Source: Chiloscyllium plagiosum (Eukaryota). From it: 64,000 bases of DNA. The stretch's first letter is position 1. Every line of letters begins with the position of its first letter. Made by a program: the position numbers and the translations under genes. Positions 1 through 11,243 of the stretch are shown here, in pieces. Location of the stretch: contig NC_057750.1 of assembly GCF_004010195.1 (NCBI RefSeq), positions 9,176,457 through 9,240,456 on the forward strand, read 5' to 3'. The notes below the pieces were generated by a model, which had not been told where the DNA came from, did no database searches, and was given only the letters and a program-made list of their open reading frames with translations.

Positions 1-172
1 GTGTGTGTATGTATGTGTAAGAGTGTGTGCGTGTGTGTGAATGTATGTGTAAGTGTGTGTGTGTTTGTGCATACATGTGTGTGTATGTATATGTAAGAGT
101 GTGTGCATGTGCGTGTGTATGTATGTTTAAGAGTGTGTGCTGTGTGTGTGTATGTATGTGTAAGTGTGTGTC
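1..172. repeat. Degenerate (TG)n/(TGTA)n microsatellite
   Basis: Continuous gtgtgt/gtatgt runs at the window start. Confidence 0.95.
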
Positions 173-1477
173 AGTAATTTCTGAACCTGGGAGTTAAGGC
201 TGGGAACAGACTTGTTCATATACAACAGAGAAGGAATTAGAGAGGGCTGTTGCAGTGGGGAGGTGGTTAGCTCCTTGGCAACTTGAAAATCCAAGGCTGG
301 GGAATAAAATCCCTGGGGAAGGTAGAGTTTGGGAGGATGGACCGGGATTGAGAGACAGAGTGAGAAGGTTCTGGTGGGGGGTGGGGGAGGGGGGAGGGGG
401 GTGGGGGGGGGAGGAGTTGAATTGTGGATGAGCCTTGCTCCGTGTATTTGATTGTTCAGGAGTGAGGCTGGGTCTCTGTCCCACAGACCCAAGCAAGGGT
501 TTGCTTGTGACTTTTTATAGCATTATGGAGCGCCACCGCCCACAAAATGTGGCCACTCAGCCCATTGTGTCCATGCTGGCCCCTCTACAGGGGCAAGCCA
601 AGCTCCCCTCCCCCTCCCTAATACCCCAAATGGCATTCCCACACTGTTTCTCTGTAGCCCTGTACTTTCCTCCTTCTCTGCTAACTCCCTCCCCTGCCTC
701 ACTCCCTCGAATCCAGTCCAGCAGTCCCAGCTTCCCCCTTCCCCTCCCCAACTCATCCCTGGATGACTCTTTCTCCAGTGCCTTCACTCACCTCCTGGCC
801 TGTCCCGCCTCAGCCTCATCCAGGGTCAGCTCATCAGCAGTTTGCCGCTCTGCAATTTATTTTGTGAAGCCGCGGTCAGCGGGATATATTCTTGGAAATG
901 GAATTCACTTCAGTGTCATTCAGAGCTCTGAGCCATTGGGGTGCCTGTGTGAATAACTAATCTCTCTGCTGCTCGACAATCCAATAAAACACCCCACCGC
1001 ACTCTGTCAATCTCCAATTCGTGCACACGTTTCAATCCACAGTGCCTTGAGCTCTTTCACTTCTGAATTACAGATGAGTAATTTGCCTCTGAAATTCAAT
1101 TTGTGATCCTCTGGCCCACTGCTGTCTTTCTGTCGATTCAGGAGATCTTAGGAACATCGATAACAAGAGCAGAGGAGGCCACTCGGCCCTTTGAGCCTGT
1201 TCCGCCAGCTAACATGATCATGGCTGACCATCTGACTCAGTCCCCTGTTCCCACTTCCTCCCCCCTCCTGATCCCTTACACCCACCCAGACCCTCAGCTG
1301 AGCCCCCCACTCCTCTGGGGGTCTGGCAACATCCCCATCCCTCCCCCTTCCCCACACCTTTGCATTCCCCCCAACCCCAAACAGTGTATCTGACACCACC
1401 TCTAGCCAGGGACTGATCATAAACAATTCCACAGAGGCTGGTATCCCATCACCAAGTCACCCTTTATTTATGAGTAG

Positions 1478-1586
1478 AGTCATAGAGCCTAACAGCATGG
1501 AAACAGACCCTTCGGTCCAACTCATCCATGCTGACCAGATATTCTGCATTAATCTAGTTCCATTTGCCAGCACTTGGCCCATATCC
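1478..1586 (-). mobile_element. CR1/HER1-like LINE 3' end fragment
   Basis: agagtcatagag...acagcatggaaacagacccttcggtccaac is the reverse complement of the LINE 3' terminus seen in many copies in this window. Confidence 0.8.
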
Positions 1587-1753
1587 TGGTGAATCTCCTG
1601 CACTTCCCTTAAATACTGAGTGCAGTGCCAATCGGGTCAGCTGCGATTATGCCCTCTATGAAAGGGAGGGTAATGGCTTGCTTTCCCATGAATCATGGCG
1701 GGGAATGGTATATAATGACCTGTATGGAGCAGAATCTGCTCTGAGAAACCCCC

Positions 1754-2069
1754 ATCGAATCCCTACAGTGTGGGAACAGGCCCTTCGGCCCAACAAATCC
1801 ACACCGACCTTCCACAGATTAACCCACCCAGACCCATTCCCATTCCCCTTCCCCTATATTTACCCCTGACTAATGCACCTAACCTACACAAACCTGAACA
1901 CTGTGGGCAATTTAGCGCAGCCAATTCACCCTAACCGGCACATCTTTGGAATGTGGGAGGAAACCGGAGCAAACCCACACAGACACGTGGAGAATGTGCA
2001 AACTCCACACAGACAGTCGCCCGAGGCTGGAATCGAACCCAGGTCCCTGGTTGCTGTGAGGCAGCAGTG
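1754..2069 (-). mobile_element. tRNA-derived HE1-like SINE (head truncated)
   Basis: Reverse complement shows B-box GGTTCGATTCC, core TGTGTGGAGTTTGCACATTCTCC and CR1-like tail CCTGTTCCCACACTGTAGGGATTC. Confidence 0.9.
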
Positions 2070-2305
2070 AGATTAGATTAGATCCCCTCCAGTGTGGAAA
2101 CAGGCCAAACTGACCCTCCGAAGAGTAACCCACCCAAACCCATTTCCCCTCTGAGTGATGCACCCAACCTGAACTGCGGGAGGAAACTGGAGCACCCGGA
2201 GGAGAATGTGCAAACTCCACACAGACAGTCGCCCGAGGCTGGAATCGAACCTGGGACCCTGGTGCTGTGAGGCAGCAGTGCTGACCACTGAGCCACCGTG
2301 CCACC
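2070..2305 (-). mobile_element. tRNA-derived HE1-like SINE (internally deleted), tandem with previous copy
   Basis: Head GGTGGCACGGTGGCTCAGTGGTCAGCACTGCTGCC (A-box), B-box and (CTAAT)n tail on the minus strand. Confidence 0.9.
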
Positions 2306-2745
2306 TCTTGTGGGAGTTTGCTGGCCACAAACCCAACCCTGCAGCAGGGAAAGGCACTCCATTTGTTTCCGAAGTGCTGTGGGAGACCCAGAGGAAGTCT
2401 GGTATAAGTCTGTTCTGTCTGTGTGAGCCCAAAGACAAAGGCCAGACACTGACCCGTCCTGCATCATTGGCAAACCATCAGTTTAAAGGGTAGGATTTGA
2501 TTAGGTTCTGCACCTCTGTGTGCCTTTGACCTTTAAAATCAATTACTCCTGACTCTGGAAGTAACTAAATTTCTATTGACATTCTTACTTAGAGACACCC
2601 ACATGGCCTCATCTTTAAAGACATTGTCGGGGTCTGTCATAGACTGTCCTGCTTTTTAACTCGTTCAGGGACTGTGAGTGCTGCTTGCAAAGGCCAGCAG
2701 TTTTTGTCCACATATTTGCAATTGACAGATTTTCTCTCAGAGTTT

Positions 2746-3062
2746 GGGTGGCACAGTGGCTCAGTGGTTAGCACTGCTGCCCCACAGCATCAGTGACCTG
2801 GGTTCGAGCCCACCCTCAGGCGACTGTCTGTGTGGAGTTGGCGCATTCTCCCTGCATCTGTGTGGGGTTGCTCTGGTCTCCTCCAAAGGTGTGCAGGTTA
2901 GATGGACTGGGCTGTGCTAAGTCGCCTCACAATGTGCTGGCGAGATGGGTAAGCCGTGGGGAATGCAGGGTTACAGAGATAGGGTAGGGGAGGCTGGGTC
3001 TGAGCTCTTTGGAGGGCTGATTATGGGGTGAATAACCTGCTCCCATTCTGTAGGGACTCTAT
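2746..3062 (+). mobile_element. tRNA-derived HE1-like SINE
   Basis: gggtggcacagtggctcagtggttagcactgctgcc head, ggttcgagcc B-box, tail ctgtagggactctat. Confidence 0.9.
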
Positions 3063-3184
3063 ATTGCTATTGGTCATATACATGCCAGTTCGGGGCTATG
3101 GATGGCAGATTACCTGAGGGTCAATGGAGAACAAGGTAAGCTATTTTGACCATTCTGCACTGCCATGTTCGCTGCTTTATTTGA

Positions 3185-3960
3185 TCATGGGATGTGGGTG
3201 TTGTTGCTTCGATCAGCATTTATTGCCCATGGCTAACTGCCCCTCGAGAAGATGTTAGTTAACCGCCCAACTGAACCACTGCAGTCCATATGGCTTAGAG
3301 ACACCCACAATGTTGTTAGGAAGAGTGATCTAGTGACACTGAAGGGATGGTAAGATATCTCTGAGTCCTTGAGAAGGGGAACTTGCAGGGGACAGTGTTC
3401 CCACGTATCTGCTGCTCTTGTCCTTCCAGGTGGTAGAGGTCAGGGTTTGGAAGGTCCTGTCAAAGGAGCCTCGGTGAGTTGTTGCAATGCGTCTTCAAAA
3501 TGCACACACTGCTGCTACTGAGCATCAGACATCGAGAGAAAGGATGTCCAAGATGGTGAATATGTTTAAACAGGCTGCTTTTGTCTTGGAAGGTGTTGAA
3601 GTGTTGTTGGGGTTGCACCATTCCAGGCAAGTGGGGAGTTCGAAGAACTCTGGCCCGAAACGTTGGCTCTCCAGCTCCTCGGATGCTGCCTGACCTGGTG
3701 TGCTTTTCCAGCACCACACTCTCGACTCTGATCTCCAGCATCCGCAGTCCTCACTTTCTGCTCGTATTTCCATTACACTCCTGACTTGTGCCTTGTCAAT
3801 GGTGGACAGACTTTGGGAGTCAGGAGGTGAGTTACTCACTGAAGGATCCCCAACCTCTGACCTGCCCTCATAGCCACTGCATTTATGTGGCGAGTCCAGT
3901 TCAGTTTCTGGTCAATGGTAACCTCCGAGATGTTGATAGTGGGGGTTTCAATGATGGTAA
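3185..3960 (-). mobile_element. Degenerate L2/Daphne-like (CR1-group) LINE, ORF2 C-terminus and 3' UTR, interrupted by a Penelope pLTR fragment at ~3645-3760
   Basis: Minus-strand translation gives VTIDQKLNWTRHINAVAMRAGQRLG...QSLSTIDKAQVRSVME, typical post-RT motifs of this LINE group. The clade assignment is from recall. Confidence 0.7.
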
Positions 3961-4084
3961 TTTTCTTCATGTCCAAAATATACTATATTCATAAAACTTG
4001 TCAAAACACGATGCATAATATGTCAACTTGAAAATTACAGAAGGCGCAATAAAATTTAATTTGTCTCTGTTCAGGATTTTACAT

Positions 4085-4480
4085 TATTAGATGTGTCAAA
4101 AAGGTTTACTGGGATGTTACCTGATTGGAAGGCTTGCGTTATAAGGATAGGCTGGGACATTTTTCACTGGAGCATAGGAAGCTGAGGGGTCACATTACTG
4201 AGGTCTATAGATTCATGAGAGGCATGGACAAGGTAGATAGCCGACAGCTTTTCCCCAGGGTAGGGGAGTCTAATATGAGAGGTCATAGCTATAAATGGAG
4301 CGATACAAAAGTGACCAGAGGGGCAATTATTTCACACAGAGGGTAGTAAGTGTCCGGGGTGCCAGAGGCAGTGGTGGGAACCAGTAAAATTTTGTCATTT
4401 AAGAAATGTTCAGATAGGTACATGGACAGGACAGGTATGGAGGGATATGGACCAAACACAGACAAATGGGAATAGACTAA
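4085..4480 (+). mobile_element. CR1/HER1-like LINE 3' fragment
   Basis: ORF 4125-4346 FSLEHRKLRGHITEVYRFMRGMDKVD...RGHSYK matches the CR1 ORF2 C-terminus. Confidence 0.9.
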
Positions 4481-4519
4481 TTGTGAAAGCTCTCCTTCAC
4501 CACTTTGGCAGTCCAATTC

Positions 4520-5255
4520 TTTTAATTGTGAAAATATACTTTATTCATAATCTGCATCTATATTCACAGGGACTAAGGCAGTTCTGCAGTGTCTTTGTGA
4601 ATCAAGAAAAGCAAAACATTGGAATATGACATTTTCAAAAACCAAATGCATTTCTTACTCACGCTGAACCCTACACACAGACAACAAAAGGGTCCCGATA
4701 ACTGAACAGACCCTCCTTATACTTCAGCAGGAAGACCTCAGATGGTGGTCTTTCCCCGCTGCCCCTTGGCGGCAGCTGCCCCAGGCTTCAGTGCGTCCCT
4801 CAGCACCTAGTCCTGGATCTTGGAATGTGCCAGTCTGCAACACTCGGTCAGGGTCAACACTTTACACCGAGGACCAGCAAGGTTTGGGCAGAGCAAAGAG
4901 AGTCTTTCACTGAGTCGCTGGTCCTCCAGGCGCAGTCGGTGTTTGTCTCGGTGTGTGTCCCGGGGGAACGGCCCATGGAGCACGGAGTCCCGCGTCACAG
5001 AGCGGCTTGGGAGAAACCTCACCCCAAACCCACTGCGCCTTCCTCCAGGCTTCCTTTGTAAAGGCACATTCCGGCAGGAGGTGTGTGACAGTCTCTACCC
5101 CCTTCCCCGCAGCCACTTCAAGGGCAGCGTACGGGGCGCGCAGACCAACTGGGCATTCATGAAGGATCTGACAGGATCTGACCAGCCAAGTCTCAGGAAT
5201 CGTGGGAAAGTTCTGGCGCTTTGGCAGTTCTAATACCCTTCAGTCCAAAGTTATC
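4520..5255 (-). mobile_element. Tx1/L1-clade non-LTR retrotransposon 3' fragment (zf-RVT-type C-terminus), frameshifted
   Basis: Minus frames give ETVTHLLPECAFTKEAWRKAQW, RFLPSRSVTRDSVLHG and LTLTECCRLAHSKIQD*VLRDALK; AATAAA (plus tttatt ~4540) lies at the 3' end. Confidence 0.8.
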
Positions 5256-5274
5256 ACCTGTTGCCCTCTGATTG

Positions 5275-6890
5275 TTAGTGTGCACCTGTATTTTGAGTTG
5301 CTCTGCCAGTATGCCTGTATTTTGAGTCACTCTGTGAGAGTGTGCCTGTATTTTTTAATCACTCTGTGAAATTGTGCCTGTATTTTGAATCACACGGTGA
5401 CAGTATGCCTGTATTTTGAGTCAGTCTGTGAGTGTGCCTGTATTTTGAATTGCTCTCTGAGAATGCACCTGTATTTTGAGTCACTCCGTGAGAGTGTGCC
5501 TGTATTTTGAGTCACTCTGTGAGTGTGTGCCTGTGTTTTAAGTCACTCTGTGAGATTATGTCTGTATTTTGTGCCATTCTGTGAGTGTGTGCCTGTATTT
5601 TGAGTCGCTCTGTGAGTGTGCATCTGTATTTTTTAATCACTCTGTGAAATTGTGCCTGTATTTGAATCACTCTGTGACAGTATGCCTGTATTTTGAGTTG
5701 CTCTCTGAGAGTGTGCCTGCATTTTGAGTAACTTTGTCAGAGAGTGTGCCTGTATTTTAAGTCACTCTGTAGAGTGTATCTGTATTTTGAATCACTCTGT
5801 GAGAGTGTGCCTGTATTTTTTAATCACTCAGTGAAATTGTGCCTGTATTTTGAATCACTCTGTGATAGTATGTCTGTATTTTGAGTCTGTCTGTGAGTGT
5901 GCCTGTATTTTGAATTGCTCTCTGAGAGTGCACCTGTGTTTTGAGTCACTCTGCGACAGTGCACCTGTGTTTTGAATCACTCTGTGAGAGTGTGCCTGTA
6001 TTTTGAGTCACTCTGTGAGAGTGTGCCTGTGTTTTAAGTCACTCTGTGAGATAGTGCCTGTATTTTGTGTCATTCTGTGAGCACGCACCTGTATTTTGAA
6101 TCACTCTGTGACAGTATGCCTGTATTTTGAGTCACTCTGTGAGTGTGCCTGTATTTTGAGTTGCTCTGTGAGAGTGTGCCTGTATTTTGAGTAACTTTGT
6201 CAGAGATTGTGCCTGTATTTTAAGTCACTCTGTAGAGTGCATCTGTATTTTGAATCACTCTGTGAGAGTGTGGTTGTATTTTGAGTCACTCTATGAGGGT
6301 TTACCTGTATTTTGAGTCACTCTGTGAGCATGCACCTGTATTTTGAATGACTCTGTGACAGTATGCCTGTTTTTTGAGTTATTCTGCAAGAGTGTCCTGT
6401 ATTTTGAGTTGTTCTGTGAGTGTACACCTATATTTTGAATCACTCTCTGACAGTATGCCTGTATTTGAGTCACTCTGTGAGATTGTGCCTGTATTTTAGT
6501 CACTCTATGAGGGTTTACCTGTATTTTGAGTCACTCTGTGAGCGTGCACCTGTATTTTGAATGACTCTGTGACAGTATGCCTGTATTTTGAGTTATTCTG
6601 CAAGAGTGTCCTGTATTTTGAGTTGCTCTGTGAGTGTACACCTATATTTTGAATCACTCTCTGACAGTATGCCTGTATTTGAGTCACTCTGTGAGATTGT
6701 GCCTGTATTTTGAATCACTCTGTGACAGTATTTCTGTATTTTGAATCACTCTGTGACAGTGCACCTGTATTTTGTGTCACTCTGTGAGACTGTGCCTGTA
6801 TTTGGAATCACTCTGTGACAGTATGTCTGTATTTTGCGTCGCTGTGTGACTCTGTGCTTCTTTTAGGTGACTGTGTGAGAGTGTGCCTGT
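5275..6890. repeat. Minisatellite, ~31-bp unit CCTGTATTTTGAGTCACTCTGTGAGAGTGTG, ~50 copies, with a ~214-bp higher-order duplication near 6290-6715
   Basis: Period 31 measured (cctgta at 5314 and 5345). Near-identical ORFs 6291-6503 and 6505-6687 reveal the higher-order copy. Confidence 0.95.
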
Positions 6891-7586
6891 AGTTATAACA
6901 ACCCTATGTGAATACGTCGATATTGGAAAGGTGGTCTCAGGATGATTGTCAATTTTTCTGCAGCTTATGCCCAGAGACTTTGTAATCCAGAACATTGCAT
7001 TGGTTTCCAGCCCACTGCCTTACCAAGCCACCATCTCTGCAGTAACAAACCATAAAAGGAGCACATATCAGCACAATCCCAAAGGAACAGGTTTCTGAGA
7101 TTGTAGGATACAATTGAGCCAGACTGTTATTTTACTTTGCTTTCTTTTCTGAAACTATCTGCATATGGCAGCTCCATTAAAATGGAAATTGAATCAGGAA
7201 AAGTCAGCAAACCCTGACCTTGGGGCTGATTAGAATTCCATACAAGCCGATCTGAAGATGAACTGATTACAAAAACAGCACTTTATTGCAAATATTTACT
7301 TTCCACTCTCCCCAGATGAATTCACGTGAACACAAAAACCTGCAAATTCAAAGCAAATCCAGCTCCTCCAAACTGCTCCAATACTCAGAGGCAACAGGGG
7401 CTGGGATTTCCACTCATTTCTTCCTTTGTAAAAAGAATATTCAATCCACACAACACTCACCAGATCCTCACCCCTCAACATTAACACTTTCACTACCAAA
7501 TAATGCAGGCACCTGCTGTGGTACTGCCTGTGATAGACAACACACCAGAATGTTCCCTCAACTGAGATATTGTTTTATTAACCTGA

Positions 7587-8190
7587 AGGGACAGTGTAGA
7601 GTAAGCTTTACTTTTACTTTAAAAGAGTAGAGGGAGCTTTACTCTGTATGTAACCCCGTGCTGTCCCTGTCCTGGGAGAGTTTGATGGGGACAATGTTGA
7701 GGGTGCACCTGTGAGAGTTTGATGGGGACAGTGTAGAGAAAACTTTACTCTGTATCTAACCCCGTGCTGTCCATGTCCTGGGAGTGTTGATGTGGGGACA
7801 GTGTAGAGAGAGTTTTACTCTGTGTCTAACCTGATGCTGTCCCTGTCCTGGGTGGGTTTGATGGGGACAGTGTAAAGGGAACTTTACTCTGTACCTAACT
7901 CCGTGCTGTCCCTGTCCTGGGTGGGTTTGATGGGGACAGTATAGAGGGAACTTTACTCTGTATCTAACTCTGTGCTGTCCCTGTCCTGGGTGGGTTTGAT
8001 GGGGACACTATAGAGTCTAGATTAGAATGGCGCTGGAAAAGCACAGCAGGTCAGGCAGCATCTGAGGAGCAGGAAAATCGACGTTTCAAAAGCCCTTCAT
8101 TAGGAATAGAAAGAGCTTTACTCTGTACCTAACCCCGTGAGGTTCCTGTCCTGGGAATGTTTGATGGGGGGCAGTGTAGAGGGAGCTACG
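7587..8190 (+). repeat. ~69-bp dispersed minisatellite (GGGACAGTGTAGAGGGAGCTTTACTCTGTATCTAACCCCGTGCTGTCCCTGTCCTGGGAGTGTTTGATG), interrupted by a pLTR fragment at ~8015-8108
   Basis: Direct tandem repeats; the same unit occurs in reverse orientation at 48325-49100. Confidence 0.9.
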
Positions 8191-8609
8191 CTATCAGTTT
8201 AAAAGTGCAAAGGGATCTTTCCTGTGGATGCTGTTGATTGTGACTCCTTGAAATGGACGAAGTTCTGATCCTCTTTGTGACAAATTTTGCGAGGAAGTGA
8301 TAATGAGGGGGGAATTAAGCCTAAAGTGTCGATCATGTTGTGACTGCTTTGTGTGAAATTGCCTGTGACGGCCGGCAGCCAGTTTAGCCCTGTGCTACAA
8401 GATCACTTTTAGTCTTCCAACAAATATTCAATGATCACTGCCATTTTCATCAAGTGATGAGCTGTGTGGAGAGCACAGTAAGAACCATTCAATCTCTGTC
8501 TCATTTGAACAAAGTTTATGATTCACTGAGTGGTTTCTCCTAACCATGTTCCTTATGTTTTAGGTTCCATTGTGGTCTTCAACATAGCTTTCCCCAGCTA
8601 ACACCGTTG

Positions 8610-8864
8610 AATCCGTACAGTATAGAAGCAGGCTCTTTGGTGCATAGAGTCCACATCGACCCTTCGATCCAAACCCACCGCGTACCTATCACCCCCATAG
8701 TTCCCATGGCCAATCCACCCTCACCTGCACATCTCTGGACTGCGGGAGGAAACCCACGCAGACACAGAGAATGTGGAAACTCCACACAGACAGTTGCCTG
8801 AGGCTGGAATCGAACCCGGGTCCTGTGAGGCAGCAACGCTAACCACTGAGCCATCGTGCCACCC
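8610..8864 (-). mobile_element. HE1-like SINE
   Basis: aactccacacagacagttgcctgaggctggaatcgaacccggg...aaccactgagccatcgtgccaccc. Confidence 0.9.
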
Positions 8865-9197
8865 CTCAGATCTGAAGGATGGTCACTGGACCAAAATGTT
8901 GACTCTGTTTTTCTCTCTCTCTCAGCACAAAGGTTGATGGACCTGCTGAGTTTCTCCGATAATTTCTGTTGTTGATACTCCCCCTATTGGCTAATGACAT
9001 GAACAGTCTTTCCTTGGCCGTTGAATCCTGGAGTGAGATTGCAACTTGACTCTGAGGCAGGGATGCGAGAGGATGAAAGGAGAAGGTGCAGTGATAATGT
9101 CACTAGACTAGACTTTTTTGTTCCGAACCCACAATGGCAGATGATCAAATCTGATTTCAATAAAAAAAGTATGAAAAGCTAACCTAACGATCACCAT

Positions 9198-10090
9198 GGT
9201 CAGTGCATTAAGTATAGGAGTTAGGAGGTCATGTTGCGTTAGGAGGTCAGGACGTTGGTTAGGCCACTTTTGGAATAACAATTCTGATCTCCCTGCGAGA
9301 GGAAGGATGTGAAACTTAAAAGGGTTCAGAAAAGACTTACAAGGATGTTGCCAGGGTTGGAGGGTTTGAACTATAGGGGAAAACTGAATAGGCCGGGGCT
9401 GTTTTCCCTGGAGTGCCGGAGGCTGAGGGGTGACTCTATAGAGGTTTATAAAATCATGGGTAGGTTAAATAGACAAGGTATTTTCCCTGGGGTGGGGGAG
9501 TCCAGAACTAGAGGGCATAGGTTTAGGGTGAGAGGGGAAAGATATAAAAGAGACCCAAGGGACAATTTTTTCATGCAGAAGGTGGTATGTGTGTGGAACG
9601 AGCTGCAGAGGAAGTGGTGGAGGCTGGTACAATTGCAACATTTAAAAGGCATCTGGATGGGTATATTAATAGGAAGGGTTTAGAAGGATAGGGGCCAAGA
9701 GATTAGATTAGAATCCCTACAGCATGGAAACAGGCCCTTCGACCTAACAAGTCCACACTGACCCTCTGAAGAGTAACCCACCTAGTCCCATTTCCCTCTG
9801 ACTAATGCACCTAACATTACAGGCAATTTAGCATGGCCAATTCACCCTGACCTGAACATCTTTGGACTGTGTGAGGAAACCCACGCAGACATGGGGAGAA
9901 CGTGCAAACTCCACACAGACAGTCGCCCGAAGCTGGAATTGAACCTGGGATCCTGGTGCTGTGAGGCAGCAGTGCTAACCACTGAGCCACCGTGCTGGCA
10001 AAATGGACTAGATTAGGTTAGGATAGCTGGTCAGCATGGAAGTGTTGGATCGAAGGGTCTGTTTGCGTGCTGGACATCTCTATGACTATA
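9198..10090 (+). mobile_element. CR1/HER1-like LINE 3' fragment with a nested minus-strand HE1-like SINE (9700-9995)
   Basis: ORF 9309-9683 KLKRVQKRLTRMLPGLEGLNY...FSLECRRLRGD...RGHRFRVRG; LINE tail tttgcgtgctggacatctctatgactat at ~10060-10090. Confidence 0.92.
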
Positions 10091-10467
10091 TCTCAGTTGT
10101 TTTATAAAAATCCTTTTGCTGCCTTCTGGGTAAAAGAATTCTCTCTCCTTACCTGGTTTTTGTTGACATGTGACTTTCATTATTGTCTGATTCTTAACCA
10201 CCGTCTGGGTAACATGCGATTCTCAGCAAGCCACAGCCAGAGCCAGTGACAAAAAAATGCTAAATCTCTGATAATAACAGGCAAATCCCATTCAAAGCAA
10301 AGAACATTAATCCTTTAATAGCCTAGTGGAGTATTCAATGAACAATGAATGTAGGGCCCCTGTAGAGATAATTGTAGGTTGTGAACAAAACAGCCACCCA
10401 TTCATAAAGACCACTTGGAGAAATGCCAACTACCAGCTATTGTCAAGCAAAACGCTGGACATTGTAC

Positions 10468-11235
10468 GAATGAATGATTTTATTGTCACATATATCAAGG
10501 AAAACACAGCGAAGCATTTTGTTGCCACAATCCAGTGCCATTTTGAGCTACAGAAAAAGCAAATTACATAAGTAAGAATTCATCTTCTGTTCAAGTTGGA
10601 TCTTAAACATGGCTCCAGGGCTTCTGCAATGTGTTCCAGGCCTCAAACTGTCTCCACTCTGGGAATTGCCTTGTCGCAGTTGCTGCCAGGAGTCCAGGCT
10701 CCAGGCCTACTCAGCCAGGAGTCCTCAAACCAGGCACAGCCAGAAGTCCAGGCTCCAAGCCTACCATGGTCAGGTGTCCCTATTCCAGGCACAGCCAGGA
10801 GTCCAGGCTGTGGGCCTACTCAGCCAGGAGTCCTCAAACCAGGCACAGCCAGGACCCCAAGTTTCAGGCCTACCACAGCCAGGAGTCCGCACTTTGGGCC
10901 TACTCAGCCAGGAGTCCACACTCAGGCACAGCCAGAAGTCCAGGCTGTGGGCCTTCCACAGCCAGGTGTGCCCGCTCAGGGCACAGCCAGGAGTTCAGGC
11001 TCTGGGCCTCCTGCAGCCAGGAGTCCCTGCTCCAGGCACTGCCAGGAGTCCCGAACCATGCCGATGACGTTGCAGCTTCTGCCCAACTGACACCACTCGC
11101 CTCGAAGTTGAAGAAAGGAAAGAAGAATGAAAAAGAAGAAAAGATGAAAAGGAGAGAGAGAGAAAAAAGGATCCAGCCTGCCTGAAGCACATGGGGTCAG
11201 GGATCCGAACACTACCTACTGTACCGGTGCTGTAA
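10468..11235 (-). mobile_element. Putative non-autonomous retroposon with internal GC-rich VNTR (CAGCCAGGAGTCC..., ~10680-11055) and Rex1-type 3' tail
   Basis: Minus strand ends GTGACAATAAAATCATTCATTC; a pyrimidine-rich tract lies near its 5' end (plus-strand purine run 11105-11170); the same 3' motif occurs at 29727, 36268 and 42986. Confidence 0.6.
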
Positions 11236-11243
11236 CCTTGAAT

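Noticed and set aside
435..956. 173-aa Ser/Pro-rich ORF
   Set aside because: Low-complexity CT-rich DNA, non-ATG start, no recognisable domain.
2746..2820. tRNA gene-like sequences (A/B boxes) at SINE heads
   Set aside because: Each continues into the HE1-like SINE body and CR1-like tail, so they are not stand-alone tRNAs.
10596..11185. Overlapping 150-184-aa ORFs in all three plus frames
   Set aside because: These come from a stop-poor GC-rich VNTR.
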